A stretch of 63,874 nt of DNA, counting the filler, from Phoronis australis (lineage: Eukaryota > Animalia > Phoronida): the NCBI GenBank assembly GCA_002633005.1. It is 14 parts of 14 records of this genome, joined end to end, with 100 filler letters (N's around TTAATTAATTAA, not from the genome) between each part and the next. Parts side by side here need not be neighbours in the genome. Positions count along the whole stretch, not along the records: positions 1 to 16,938 come from NMRA01001501.1; 13 more parts are not named here. One strand, written 5' to 3'. Each line of letters opens with the position of its first letter. Position 1 is the first letter of the stretch. Below are positions 1 through 14,469 of the stretch, piece after piece. The notes under the pieces are model-generated. The model had not been told where the DNA came from and searched no databases. It worked only from the letters and a program-made list of their open reading frames with translations. Both the position numbers and the translations under genes were made by a program.

Positions 1-2113
1 ATAGAAAGAATGATGGAAGTTTGAACAACTTTGTGAATTTCAAAAAGTTTTTATTCCGATGGTTTTATAACTATAAAATGTTGACATTTTTCAGCCCCAT
101 TCTTGGAGCGGTTTTCGACAGCTTATCAAAACAACATCTCAGGAGATTTTCAACATTTTACGAAAAGAAGTGACATTTGGTTTCTGAGTGGTTGTTCTGC
201 AATTATAAATGAAAACTTTGGCAGTACTAACAGATGTGTTCACGTATCTAAGTGCACGTGCCTATGCATATATACGCATGATGTGTGTTATTACTATTTT
301 TAATTTTTCCTGTAATGATTCCTTCATGTAATCTTTACCTGTTACCCATGTTATATGTAGTACTTGACCATACACCGTGAAATAATAATAAAAAATAAAA
401 GAATCTAATTTTATACTTTGTGTTGCTGACAGCGTACACTGTACTTTCCAATTGCCCCGATCTTGGCGGACTATACCACTTCTTGAATTTTGCAGCATTC
501 CCAGCACACCATTAGAATATCCCGTTTTTGACACACACCAAAATTGACATATTATCTTACACTTTTGTAATTTCCCAAGCGACATAGCCACATTTTCCCG
601 TTCAACTAAAAAGAAAAAAAATGGACGTTTCATGTTTTTGTGGCACTCGCAATTTCCCGTTTGACTAAGAAACAAAACCGCCGTAGGAAGCTTTTGTGAG
701 TTACGTCTCCAGTTTAACAAGAACTCTCTTGTGACACTTTTGCGTGTAGCTGCGAACATTTCACCCCTGCGTCAAGCATAGACCCACATGTACCGCTTTT
801 CAATCCACTTTTTCCATTCTCGAATGTTGACCGTGACAACTATGAAATACGTGTTCATACATGTACCAACATTGTCTCTTTGTTGTGAATACTGTGTGTG
901 TTCACTTTCTTTAGTTACGTAACAATTGTAAAGATAATTTTCAATGTGACTTGTTGTCGTTAACATACATTACACATACGAGGAATGTTTCTTTCCTAAG
1001 AAATGAGTGTATTTCTAAACTATTTATGTAAAATCCTACATTGCTACCAAACTAATGAGAACTATCCACAATATATCCTACATTGTTATCCACAATATAT
1101 TTCAAAGCTACAAAATAGATGTTTGAAAATTCAGAAAACTCTTAACTGCAAATTTCGGATAGATATTTGGAGTTATTAGTTATCACATTTTCCAACTGAT
1201 TGCACCCCCTTAATTTTTATTGTAGAATAAGGTTGTGTCAAACGGCACCAAAGATCCAATTAATATAAAAAGATGAGTAATTTTGGACAAATAGCTGATT
1301 AAATTCCTGTGAGGGACCCATATATTATGAAATCTTTGTCGTTTCAGGGTAGCAATCTTTTGAATTATTGAACTTATTTCCCGCTGTAGGTTTGCAGGGA
1401 AGCTGCCTCGCCATCTATCGTTTTTAACTGGAAAGATTAACCAAAATTGCCGAACTTAAAAGTCACCTTGCAAAATTAGTTTGCTCTACTTTCTGAATTC
1501 TGGAAGGAGACATTTGGATATTCTGTACCATTGACTGTTTTGATATCTATTATACAAGCGCCCTGGACCCACGGTCTACATTTGTACTCGAAATCGAACT
1601 TAAAATGTCTTTCTACTTTACTAGGCCATCGTGTGAATAGCGCGTGGAATAGTCAATAGAAGGCGCTGGCTACAAATACAATCTCAACTAAGCAACAAGT
1701 GGTCTCAAGTGAGTCAATTATATTATCTGAAGAACATTAGGTAGTAATATCTTCTTATTGTTACTGATTAAAATTAGTTTCTCCTCCTCCCGGCCTAGTA
1801 TCAAATATTGACACTTGGGTTTTTGGAATTTACATTTTGGTGGAATAGTATGCGAAAAACTCACAACAAATGAACTTTCCGTATTCCGTAGTTTTAGCTT
1901 TTCAATCTAATCTAACTGTTTATTTAACGATATGCGTTTCACATTTTTCACACGAAGACTCCAGCGGACGTTTAATAACACATCTGGCAAGGGATCGAGT
2001 TACAGCACCCCTGCTTTAGAAGTTCAAACCTTCAGACCTACTTCCAGGATGTGCGGTTCAGGTCAACGTCATGTAATTCGCTAGTTTCCAGACTTGTCAA
2101 GCATAGTAAAAGA

Positions 2114-2182
2114 ATGGTTGTGAAAGTTAAGTTACTGTTGTTTCTACTGCTCGGGATTTATCAAAAGTATAGCCATGCAGAG
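2114..2182 (+). CDS. CTHRC1: CTHRC1-like secreted collagen triple-helix protein, exon 1 (signal peptide)
   Basis: ATG at 2114 gives MVVKVKLLLFLLLGIYQKYSHAE (basic N-terminus, hydrophobic core, SHA cleavage-like site). It ends at a GAG|GTAAGC donor in phase 0, compatible with the acceptor at 5322. Confidence 0.75.
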
Positions 2183-5100
2183 GTAAGCCTACCTACGTCT
2201 ACATGTAAATGTAGGCACCGTTAACTGATACCATATTGATTCTAAAATGGTGATGATTAATATGCTTTTTAAACAATGCTCACGCGTAGTCATAGGATTC
2301 AAGTTTAGTTGGTTCACTGCTCAACACTCCCAAGGTGTCATTGGCGTAGGGAGAAAATGGGTTGGAAAAAGGGTTCGTGACCATTGTAAAAAAATTATCT
2401 AGCGTGCGCGTGTGAACTTGCCGTTTTGAATGCTTCTGTTTGCGCCTGTGTAAAATATGGCATCTACCTGTCAAAAGACGCCACACAGGCTGCTTATCCC
2501 AGTATACAATTTCTGTTACCACTTTTTATAAAAGTGAAAATCACTAATTTAACTTTGTCGGGTATTTTGTGGTGCACACAAGAAATTCAGAAGTCAAATT
2601 TTAAGTTGTTTTTAAGTTGGAGCATCATGTCTATTTTGTAAATTTTTGGTTTAAAGAGCTTCAGTAAGAAAATACATTTAAAAGGTTTTACTTAAAAACA
2701 GGAAAGAAAAAATTTTGATCGTGCTTATGTAGACATTTTTGAATGTGGAATGGCTTTTAAAGTGTTCGCTGTGATTCTTGAATCACGCAGTCGGTTATGT
2801 TTACTGAATCCTCGCACAGTCGGGGATATAATTTAAAGGTTGGTTTCGTAATCCGCCCAATACACTTTGAAACAATGTGACAATTATAACGGCTAACCTT
2901 TGTACTGTTTTGAGAAGGAAGTATTACAGCAGTGCTGTGTTTGACATCACATCTGAACTCTAACACTGCACCCTTGGCACAAAGTGAACTGAAGGTAGCG
3001 TGATTCAACACCTGGAAAGCCGAACGTCACGAGCCACAGAGATTTTCGTAAAACAAATCCATGCGAAAAATAAATGTAAGAAAATCGAATTACTTTTATG
3101 GAAATGCTCCGAACAACTATTGGAGTCTTGAGTGAGATGAATTTTTGTAATTCAGTTTCAGTTTAGCGCAATTTATTCATGCCTCATGGTCGTCGATTAT
3201 GTTGCTTTAAGACGTGCTTTCATGTTGGCACTTTCAGGGTCCCCACACATTTGAGACGACGCTAAAATGAAGCCCAGACTCAATGTTCATGTAGTATAAT
3301 CGTACAAAGAGTGCCAACTCACATTAATTCAGAACATGAATGATTTCTTTTGACAAATAAATAAATCTCGTTTCATAAATAATTGACAGCACACAACTTC
3401 AAATCACGTATTTGTTTATGAATATATAGAAATTTTGAAGCCTAATCTTTGAAACACAAATCACGGGAAATTAACTGGCAAGGCTCGCTGACGTTGGTTA
3501 CTAACATATTTTGGTTTAGAGTAAATCAGGCCGGAATTTATGTTTCAATTTGCCTCATATTCGGGTCATAGTCAATTTAACTACAGCACGTCGCTGTCAG
3601 TAGAAGACTTCGTGACAGATCTGTTAGCACAATTTTGCTGATGACCCTGCCCCCTAGCGATGGTCTAAACATCATACATGTAAAGCATTATGGGACACTT
3701 AAGTCCAACAAAATGATCTCAGGGATTTTTATGCAAAGAAAATATGAGTTCTGCCATCCAAGGAGGCTGAGAGAGAGCCAGCGCCAATAATTAAAATAAA
3801 GTATTGGTTAACAACTTTATTAGGAGACGCAACTAGTAATGCAGTATAGCACGCTGGAAGCCAAGAAGCGAGACCCCAGGTAACATCACTACGAACATAA
3901 TGGCGCAGTGCATGGAACATGTGTGAAGTGGCCGCTCTTTGACAGTGTTGGTCAACCCTATCAAAGCCGCAGGCGCATTTGCGATGGTTCTCGATGATCT
4001 GAGGAAGGAAAACAATTTCTAACATACAGGGAAACTCAATAAAATATTTGACACATATGGTGTATTTTGAACTACAGTTCTATTTTGGGATGTAATGTTC
4101 GAGGAATTGAACAAATGAACGTGTTCTATAAATGTATGTGTGCCGTGTTATACTCTTGATCATTCTCGTGTCAACTTAGCATATGTCATATTTTTCACCC
4201 TCCTGTGAACGAACACTGCTGTATACGTCAGAGGTTTTGCTTCAATGTTTAGGACCCTTTTCAATTAATCGCACTGGTACAAACATTAGTTATCTGTGAA
4301 ATTGAAAGGTAATTAAGTAAATATCTTGATGTGGAAGTGGTTCAGTTCTGAACCTTAGTTTCAAGTGATGCAACACGTTACTGAAAGACAACATTTTCAC
4401 ACCTTGGACCTCATATTGGATTATATTCATAATTTTTTACTAACTGGGAAATTGGGACAAAACAGTGGGTACACCATTTGAACAATTTGCTAAGCGAATT
4501 TTTTAGCTACGCTAGTACAGTTAAGTAGAGTTGATGTGTAGGTGGACTTTGGGAGATGGCTTGAGAAAATGTATATCAATTTGGACCACTGTGAGTAAGT
4601 GTTTGGTAACCCAAGAAAAACATCCACGTAGACCAGATTTTGGTAAAAATTGCATAAAAAGTTTGGTAGGCATTCGCTCAAGTGTGCTTAAAAAATCTCA
4701 CCAGAAAACTGAGCCGTTGTAGTGATATCTTGTATTTGGACACGGATCCTCATCAATCAGGAAAATCAATGTCGCCCTTGATATCACAAAAGTTGGTCTA
4801 AGCTCCCATTGTGTTGTACAGGGCAATTATCGCATCAGTCACGTCTTCACGGCAATAAAACACCGGCTGAATTAAGTTGAAAACGCCGGGGTAGACTTTT
4901 TATGTGTTTAGCGTTTGACAGTGAATTCCTCGTGTAACGTTAGTGTATAAACCTTTTTCCGCTGCAAAAAGTACAACAAAAATTAGTTAAAACATTGCGT
5001 TGGGTTTCTATTAGTTGACAGCAGTTTTGAGACGACACGCGTTTACATTATTGTATTGATTCAGCGTGGTAGATTATTGTCGTTTGTGTCGTGACATCGG

Positions 5101-5322
5101 AGTAAAGACTAAAGTCCGAATCGTTTGGAATACGTATTTAACGAGAGCTAGTTGTAATGTTATCATTTTTGTCAAATTACTGAAACTGCTGCCAGCGGAA
5201 TGGCGCCTCTAAATCTCCTTATAGCCTCAGACTTTTTATTTCTCTCATTTAATTAGGTCACCTGTTTTTGAATATCATCCGGTGATAATTGTCACTTTAT
5301 CTTATGCACCCCATTGTTATAG

Positions 5323-5638
5323 CTGACAAGCAGCTGCAAAGTGGTGCCACCTGGCAGGCAGGGAAGAGACGGCTTACCTGGCCGAGACGGTCGCGATGGC
5401 CCCAGGGGCGAAACAGGCGACATTGGTCCTAAAGGGGAAACAGGTTGGCGCGGGGATACAGGGTATAAGGGAATCGCAGGTGTGAAAGGGGATAAAGGGT
5501 CATCTGCGTTCGGTCGGGATGGAGATTTAGGGCGTCCAGGCGTTGCAGGCAGAAAAGGATCTCAAGGTGATAAAGGTACAACGGGTATTCCTGGAAAAAA
5601 AGGCCACAATGGAGATGCAGGAGAAGCGGGACAGCCTG
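5323..5638 (+). CDS. CTHRC1: CTHRC1-like, exon 2 (collagen Gly-X-Y domain)
   Basis: TATAG acceptor, then LTSSCKVVPP followed by ~31 Gly-X-Y triplets with one AF interruption. Donor G|GTAGGT is in phase 1. Confidence 0.9.
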
Positions 5639-8600
5639 GTAGGTAGAAAAGACCCCGGATGATGCTAGTAATTACACGGTGCCGCACTCATTAGTACATT
5701 CAATCATAAAAACGGCTCACACATGCACGCGGACCTTTAGCTCACCGAGCCACAAGCACGGCTCATCGACCACCAAATACGGCAATCCGACCGCCAAACT
5801 TCACCGTCACAATCTCACAAACACGAAGGATAAGCATCCAATACCTCGTGCCCGTACGCACAAACTCGGCTCACTGACTTCAAGACCGAGTACACCTCGT
5901 TGGGCGGTATGCAAGTCCACAGATACACGTTTTTGGGAGCGCAAGCCGTGCTTAATAAGTCCAGCACCGACTTTGTTAGTGGTCGGTGAGCGTGTTTCAC
6001 AGGCAGGCGATCGGAATCTCTTAATGTTCATTACTATCATGCGCACACCCAGCGTAAGTAATTGGGGCCCCAATTTTTGAGAAAGTGAACAACTAAGATT
6101 CAGAGGTACTTTCAGAGTTATGAAGTGTGCATTCGACGAATTTTGGTTGTTGCTGCCTTTTAGTGGACTTTTATCTCCTTTTCTACCTTTTTTCGGCGTT
6201 TTTGTTTCCGTCTGAGGCGGACCCTTTAGCCTACTTTGCCAAATGAGGGGATCTTGTACGAGCCTCCCGAGCCCCCTCTAGATGCGCGCATAACTATAGG
6301 TGCGTTCCGCCGACATTATAGGCTTACATCAGTCATACACCTGTACACTTGTGGCAATAAATTCCGATAATTTAACATTCTAAGCTCAAGGACCAGTTAC
6401 TTCACTGGCCACCATTTTGTTACCACCAGGTTACGCGAGATAGGCCTCTAGGACTCTCACGAAGCCCTTGGCTTTCACTATTGTAGTATTGCTCCTGCGT
6501 GATCTAGCGAGCGTTTCTTGCACAAAATTCAACACCCTGCAGTTGCAACATCAGGAAAAGTAATAGTATGATACATACAAAGACAACTATTGTAGTATGG
6601 TATACAAACGTCATCTGATATAGTGTGATAGTATTCTTATGCGATTTGGATGGATATCTTGTTTTAAACTTACAAGAGCTATATGCAGACGTGAAAGGTT
6701 TGAGCATTACTTCAATAAGAGAAAATAAGATTGACGACGTCAATTAAGACAAAAGCGACACCAGTGAGCTCCATTTCGATCACAGAATTAACATAGAAAA
6801 TAGGAAGTGTAGAAAGCAATATTAAAACAGTCCATTCCGACCATTCGATTGCTTCAAATGCCGTACTCCAAGGACACATTACCAAAGCCAGGCTCAATTG
6901 CACACAAATGTGCTGGTAAACAAAAGCAGTTGTTAAAATAATTGAGCAGATAAGGATATTGACTGTCGTGAACTGTTTATTGTTTTATAAGGGGCATGGT
7001 CGTTTTTACGTTAGTTAAGGATATCTCCGCGATTTATCCAGTGAGACTTTATTTCGCCAGCAAAGTGCTGCTCAGGTTGATAGTTCGGTTCCGCGTTGGG
7101 GATGATCTAAACAAAACATTACTTTTCTTGCCAATAAATTGAAGACCTCAAAAAGAATAATAGAGGCCGGAACCGGAGCCAAAATAAGAAGACCCACAGA
7201 TTGACTGAAAGTCGATAAATATATGTTATCGCACATACACAGGAATACTACAGCCATATTCCATCGAGAATTCAATTCATCTGGGAATCATCCCATCAAG
7301 ACCGAAAACCTATCTATTCCTTATATATAGACTTATTTGCATCATCGTGGCAATACCTTGTTGCCGTGTACTCCGGCTTGTTGTTATACGACGTCATATT
7401 ATGCACATGTATGCCAAGTACGGTACCCAAGACCGTTAAGCGACCAGACAATCTGTGAATGTGTTGAATAACCAGTAAAGTTTTATTTCATAATAAACTA
7501 ATCAGAATTTTCAGTTTGTGAAACATGCAAGTTAAAGCGCTGAACCATTCAATAATATCAAACGTTTGTCGAAAACTTAGAAACAGCCCATCCGGGAATA
7601 TAGAAATTAAAACATTTCCTGGACCGAGTTGTGCAGGAGTGTCTTAGCTTCTGAACTGTAAATAGAAACATTTTCCCTGGCTGATCACATCATTAGAAAA
7701 TAACGGTGGAAACGGTGCTGATTTGCAGAACTTGAGGAAAGGATTGTATCGCAAAAAGCAGGGGAGTATGTTGCCAGCAGATAATTGTCTCAGTGAAAAT
7801 CACATACTCGTTATTAGGTCTTAATTTCCAGTATATACCTTAGTTCTCAGTGTAGATATACCTTATGCATCCATAAAGAAACGTTTTCGTTGGATTTCAG
7901 TTAGATTTTTGGCTGATTTTGCTGACCGGGGACGCTACTTAACTTTACCTATTTATGATGACCCAGATCGAAACTTCAGCGAGAGCCAAAAATAACCGCC
8001 TGATCACCGTTCGTCGGAATTTTCATCAGTAATTTTATATGTTTTTAGAGAATTAAGACTGCATTTTTAGGAACAACGCCTTGGATTGATGATTTGGGTA
8101 ACAGAAATGAACGAGCTCAATCAAATTTGGCGTTGCACACACGAATTTACTCCAGCAGGAGACTGCTCACCAACCGTGACTGAAACTATATAGCTTTTAC
8201 CGTTGAATACGGTCTCTACCGTGGTATACGGATTGGCTCTACTTCACCGTATTTCACAGTTGATATCGTGAAATAAACAACATCCGTATTTTCATATATA
8301 TTGGATAATTATGCTTATTGCAACATAATGACATGAGATGGCGTAAGACCAAGCAAAATCATTCGTGAGCACATCAAGATGTTAGGGATTCGTTTCGTTG
8401 TGTCGCGAACATGTGTGTTACCTTGGTTATCTCGCAAGATACATACTTGGTCTACGGAACACAGTCCAGGCAGTCTACGGAACACAGTCCAGGGGCCCGT
8501 TTCATGACAACTGACCTAAGACTAAAACACCAAAACTTTGTCTATGTTTACACAGAATTTCGGGCTAGGTTAAGAAGGAAAACGAAAATTCAGAAAAGAT

Positions 8601-9301
8601 CGTTTCGTGAACACAAGTAGAATTTTAGTCTTCGAAATTAAGTCGGTTTTTGGCATACGTAAGTATACAAAGCACGCTTTCGCAATCTGCTGCGAATTCA
8701 CATAACTAAGCGAAGCAGTGAGTGAAGTACGGTTTACGATTTCAAGAACAATCTTTGTAAAATTTAATTACAGTTTATTCGTATTTTTTCAAATATTGAT
8801 GATCGTATTCACCAAAAATAATTGGTTAATCATTCACATATTCCTCAGATTCTTTACAAACGTTCCGGTGTACGTGAGAAAATGGTTGATCGTGGGCCTC
8901 TGTACCACAATGCAACATTCTGACCCATTTCTAATACCTGTATGGCGGCGCTTCAAATGATCGCTAATATAAATTTCTTGATACATATGTACTGAACAAC
9001 AAGTTTCACCCGATTGCCTTAACAAACGTGTAATTTTAAATTTAGCATACGCGATCTTGAGATCAAATGTAATTTCAAGTTCAAGCACAACAATAGCACC
9101 ATATACGGATGTAGTTCAACGATTGCTTGAAGGGGAAGGTTCATCAACGCCATCTTAATTTATTGCAGTGTGTAGATGATGATTTTGACCTGACCTCATT
9201 GTATCTATGTCAGATTTGGCACACTTCTTTCATTGGGTTGTAAGTATTAAGTTCATACATGTATTCGAAAAAACTTCAAAGTTTCTGCAAAACGTTTTCA
9301 G

Positions 9302-9381
9302 GTGACTTTGCTAATTCGATGGTAAACATGCGACAGCTTACGTGGAATCAAGAACAGAGTCAAGATTCAGGAAAACTACAG
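9302..9381 (+). CDS. CTHRC1: CTHRC1-like, exon 3
   Basis: TTTTCAG acceptor and CAG|GTAAAT donor; phases 1 to 0 fit both neighbours. Encodes GDFANSMVNMRQLTWNQEQSQDSGKLQ, which aligns by eye with CTHRC1 NYKQCSW...DLGKIA. Confidence 0.85.
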
Positions 9382-10680
9382 GTAAATGTATTAGGCGTCT
9401 TAAGCTAGGAGCAACACAGGTTAGGTACACAAAATTTCAGGATCGGGCGTCTTGTAGGTGCCGGTTGGGTACAAGTTTGACGCAAGTTAGGCGCCAATAA
9501 GGCTTAGGATTGGTGCAGGTTAGCTCTGTCCAATTATGCTGTTTTGGTAAATGATCAACATGTAACTTCACTATACGAAGGATGAAAATGCCCCTGATTT
9601 TATCCAATGAAATTTGACGTCGTCTTGAGAGAAATCTAACGTAAACTAGTTTGATAGCACATAATATAAATTGCCACAACACTGGTTACGAGTTCCCATG
9701 ACCGTCTGAATTGGGCGCTTTTGCACACATAGGCAGGCACACCTAAGAGTTACCGTTTGGCGCAGGCATGAGTTCCTTGTCTGTGAACATGTCTTAAATT
9801 GTTCTGGATGTGTGTGCATTTTGTGCCTTCTGATGGTTTATTTCAATCCGTTACTCAACCGTAGACTGAAAACTCTTGGACTCCTGTTTTATACCGGATC
9901 AGCCGACCAACACGTATGTGCCACTGCGTTAACCTGTAAGTGCATGCTCGTCCAAGTCACTCTGTTGAAAAACAATAAGTTTCTAATAAGTTTCTAACAG
10001 TATTATAATACATAATTTGGTATAATTATCAAACTTACGAAAACGCACAAGAAATTTTCCACAAGATTTCATTCAACGTGGACGCCAAAAATGTGTTGCT
10101 TGACAACGGTTGAATGTAGTTCTATCTGCTTTCTTCGATGGCGAATCATTCGAAATAGATGTCTCTGTGCGCGGTTGGTTAAGTCTTGAAATAACGAAGT
10201 TGTTTTATCCAAATACCACACTTATTTATTCATCCGACATTTCGGCTTGTCAGTCGGAAGCAGGAGATAAATCTCATCTAGTTTATCGCCGTCAGCGGCA
10301 ATACGGTGACCTCCACGGGAAACCAGGTCGCAAGCTGGTCGGATAGAGACCGGTACATTTGGCGTCTCCGTTGTTCACAAGCACTTGTCGGTAACTGCCT
10401 GATGTACGCCCAAGGTACATGTACGGTACATACAACCTATAGTGTTATAGCCAACAAAGACGCAGCAAAGAAAAACAATGGTATGTCCCATATTTCATAA
10501 CCTGATACGACGCACATACGACGGTCGCATGGATGTCGCAAGTTAAACAATACCTTGCGATCTCTATACGACGTTATTTGGCTTGAATAAGAGAGTCGGT
10601 GTAATAACGTGATGTGGCCACACGATTCTCTGCAGTATCTACCACTGGAGTTGTTGCAATCCTTTTATTTGTTTTTCAAG

Positions 10681-10873
10681 GAATTTGACTTCGTAAAACG
10701 TGGCTCTAGCACCCTGTTAAGAGTGGCATTCTCTGGAAATACACGGTCGCGGACGAGATACAGATGTAATCGTTGGTATTTCACCTTTAATGGCGAAGAG
10801 TGTTCGAATCCTGGTAAAATCGAGGCCACCGTGTACCAGAACTCGAACGACAACATGCTGAAACCCATGTATT
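10681..10873 (+). CDS. CTHRC1: CTHRC1-like, exon 4 (C-terminal globular domain)
   Basis: Polypyrimidine-AAG acceptor. EFDFVKRGSSTLLRVAFSGN...CNRWYFTFNGEECSNPGKIEA contains the CTHRC1 signature RWYFTFNGxEC. Donor T|GTAAGT. Confidence 0.93.
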
Positions 10874-10950
10874 GTAAGTTTTGAGAAGCTTTCAGAAATA
10901 ATTACTTCGTTCTTTTATACTTGATAGATGACTAACATGTACAGTATTTA

Positions 10951-11029
10951 ACCTACTGTGTACTGTCAAGTATCAGGGACCTATTGTGTACTGTCAAGTA
11001 TCAGGACCTGTTGTGTACTGTCAAGTATC
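10951..11029. repeat. ~28-bp intronic tandem repeat, 3 copies
   Basis: ACCT(A/G)(C/T)TGTGTACTGTCAAGTATC occurs three times in a row. Confidence 0.85.
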
Positions 11030-11466
11030 GACGAATGCCAGAATTCGATCAAAAATATTCCCAATAACATGATTCAAGGACCCGTTTTAATTGCTATGAT
11101 ATACGTGTATTTGCTATAGTCTTGTTCTCTGTACTTCTTCTTTCCGTAAAATAACCTCTGTGTTGAGAATTACTGTCAGACTTCCTTGCGGTGAACAAAA
11201 AAGGGTAGCTAACGATAACCTACTTGTCTACCAAGTGGATGGCGTCTTTTGGAAAGTGATTTAGTGAAAAACGAGAAAAATTAAAACCCCTTACCCCTGC
11301 ACATGTGTGTTCTTCGTCTGTCAACAAAAATGCAAGCGAAAACGCTAGAAGGTTCTGGGATTACTCAAACCCCCAAAAAATGTCAGCAGAAGTGGCCCTT
11401 ACGTTCATTCACATTACGGACATTTTTGCTGATAGAGAAAAAGCTATCGTTTTAGCCAGCACGTGA

Positions 11467-11643
<177 letters not shown>

Positions 11644-11954
11644 TGAGATTTGTATATGTCAGTACATTCTTCGTAAAATATTGACTTTTACGCTTGACTC
11701 AACAAAAAACCTCTCAATCACCAAGGGACCGACACAGTTTAGTTGCTTCGACTTGTTTATTTCATAAGTGAGTCTACTGTGGACCAAGCCTTGTCGTGGC
11801 CTACTATGACAACCTCGTGAAAAAATATGGATTTTGATTTTTGTAATTCTGTTATTAAAAACTGTCAACAGCCAACCATAATATTGGCGAACCAGATTTC
11901 ACTTGCGACACAAAATGGCTATACGTATTTGAGAGTTTGGTGTTGTAAGTCCAA

Positions 11955-12229
11955 GGGTTTGTTTCATGAAACATGACTTAAGTCGTAATACTAAAATTTG
12001 GTCTAACGCTCCACATAACTATTTCTGAAAAACAAATTAAACCTCACTTAGATGAAAGAGCAAAATTTCTGAGAATTTTCACATAACAGCTACAATGTAG
12101 TTACTGAGACAATTTCCATTTATAATTTCTGTCACTCACTAGTAATTACTTAGATAAACATTTGTGAATTGGGAGCTAAGACAAAATTCCTGTCTTCAGT
12201 CTTACGTCACTTTTATAGAATACTGCCCC
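11955..12229. mobile_element. Decayed MITE (PIF/Harbinger-like)
   Basis: Imperfect inverted ends GGGTTTGTTTCATGAAACATGACTTAAG / CTTACGTCACTTTTATAGAATACTGCCCC. Related sequence lies in inverse orientation near 24060-24205, and a similar left end at ~8491. Confidence 0.5.
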
Positions 12230-12475
12230 ATACACTGTATCGGCTTCTGTATGTATCGTAATGCAGTGTGGCCTTCTGAGTGGAAAGTGAACGCGTACTT
12301 GTCAAATATCATAAATTTTCACTTTAAGAAGTGAAACGCCGTTTCCGACCAGCGAACACTTAAAGCAACGAGACAAAACAGTTTCATTTAAGAAAATAGT
12401 CTTGAATTGTATCCGGGTAGAGTTATAGAGAAAGAAGCATTCTTTCTATATTGACAGTTAGTGCGCATTGTAACT

Positions 12476-12630
12476 TACGGAAGCTCAGTAATGCCATTTT
12501 GAAATGAAGAAAACTATTTTTAATCTGATTTGACGGCTGCCACATAATAAAGTGACGGCTATTTATCTGGCGGCCGTCGGATAATAAAATAGTTTTCTTC
12601 TCTTCAAAATAGCCCTATTGGACTTCCGTA
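12476..12630. repeat. Palindromic ~155-bp element (MITE-like hairpin)
   Basis: TACGGAAG...TTTTGAA..GAAGAAAACTATTTT is mirrored by AAAATAGTTTTCTTC..TTCAAAA...CTTCCGTA. Confidence 0.7.
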
Positions 12631-14344
12631 GTAACTTTTTAGATATCAAAAGAAAAAATGCAAAGTTGTAGTTGAGTAGTCTCGTATCCTATTTTTGCTA
12701 CCATTGGAGTCTACTGAACATATCTGGCTTCTGGATTCTAGTGAAAATATGCCGGTTTTGATCACCATGCCTACTGATAACACTTTGTTTTGGTTTATAG
12801 TAGGCCTACAGATTACATTCTATTTTCATTTTCCATAAAAGTTATCCGAAAGGAACAGCATGCAATGAAAATCACTGGGCAGCAAATCAAGTAATATTTG
12901 TCTCAGTCAGAAAATTACAGAAATTAGAGGCGTACTGAAATGTTGAAATGTACATTCATTTCGGACCCGTAGTTCAATATGGCCTCGTTTTCGAGTTGTT
13001 CACCACACTCTATTGATAGTAGAAGCTGGGATGTAGACAAGAGTGAGCCCTTGGTCTGCTTGGCAAAAAATAGAGGAATAAGCATTGTACAAAGTATCAA
13101 TGTTGACCATTTTTGTAAATTTATCTTGGGACGTGAAAGTTTTTTGATTTTTTAAAATTTACGCCCTGTCCTGGAAAGAAGTTTCGATCCTATGTCATTC
13201 GGTTGCAACTCGGGATATCGCGTGAGCTAACCACGTGGGCGTTCTTTTATCAAGGCACATTTATGAGAACGACCAAAATGTCAACGAAAAACTTCAGTCA
13301 CCAGTCTATCTTATTTACATAGGTTAAACTGTTGCAATGTTAAGTTTGATAAATAAAGTTTTACTCGCTCAGGAGAGCAGATCTTTTAACTGTGGCTTAA
13401 AAGACCAGTGGCCGTTTGAATTATACAGTTTGAACACTGACTCAACTTTGTTAACCTAATATTCAGCGCATTTGCAGACTGTGTTGACTCACTAAACTAT
13501 TGAGTGCCACCATTGAGCTTGGAAATTCTTTGTTGCGGCCACCATAACCGTTGGAGCGCGTATACTGGGCTAACGCACATCCAGATTTTAGATCTGCGCC
13601 TGCTCAGCTGACGCATTCCTGGATTGTAGTTGAAATGCGCATGCTTGGCCGACGGATTTTGCGGTTAATAACCTTTTATTTCATGCAATGATAAGCGCTA
13701 AAATGTCGTCTTGCGTTAGTGTGCCTTGCACGCAACGCATTGTTATAAATGCAAAGTAAATATGTGTTTTTGTCACAATCCTCATACCAAAGAGCCTCTG
13801 ATAGAAGCCCGAGCACATATGTGGCGTCTTTTATTAAAAACCCGGCGTTTAGGAACTAAAATTACGAAGACCAAAAGAAAAATTGCATTTGGTAATCGTT
13901 CGTTCCAAGGTCGTGACAAGGTATTACATGCAATCATTGTTTAGTCGATATGCAGCGTCCAAACAAAAGGACAGATTCGACTTGTATTAGAGTCGCCGGA
14001 GCGAAATTCAGAAACCCGACTTCTATTGGGGATCAGTCGTTTATTATTTCAGGGTACCAATTCCCTTGTTTCTATTATAGAGAGACTTTTATTAGAAACC
14101 TAACCTACCATATTACAAACGTTATACTGTAATCTCATGGGTTCGTCATTTACAAACGTTCCCGAATGCGAGTTCAAAGGCTTATATTTGAAAGTAACAC
14201 CGCTTTAAATGTACCTTTTCGGATACTAGACAAGACACTTTTCCTGTATTTTATACCATTCTGTACAATAAACACTCACAAAATATTAAAATGTGAACAG
14301 GCTGAAACCGCAGACGTCTATAGCATGTAAGTTCATGCAAAGAC

Positions 14345-14469
14345 TATTCCATAAAAAGGCAAACAGCTCCACACCGTGCAGCAATTTTCGCTGGTGGACT
14401 TGAGACCATTCCATGAAAAAATTCAAAGGCAAACAGCTCCACTCCGTGCAGCAATTTTTGCTGGTGGAT
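14345..14469. repeat. ~70-bp tandem duplication
   Basis: AAAGGCAAACAGCTCCAC(A/T)CCGTGCAGCAATTTT(C/T)GCTGGTGGA is present twice. Confidence 0.8.

Noticed and set aside
103-966. ORFs of 64-165 aa at the window start
   Set aside because: No recognisable domain or splice structure; possibly decayed transposon sequence, but unsupported.
5679-6080. 133-aa ORF following the collagen exon
   Set aside because: It lies in CTHRC1-like intron 2 within a low-complexity repeat-like segment and is not needed for the phase-consistent gene model.
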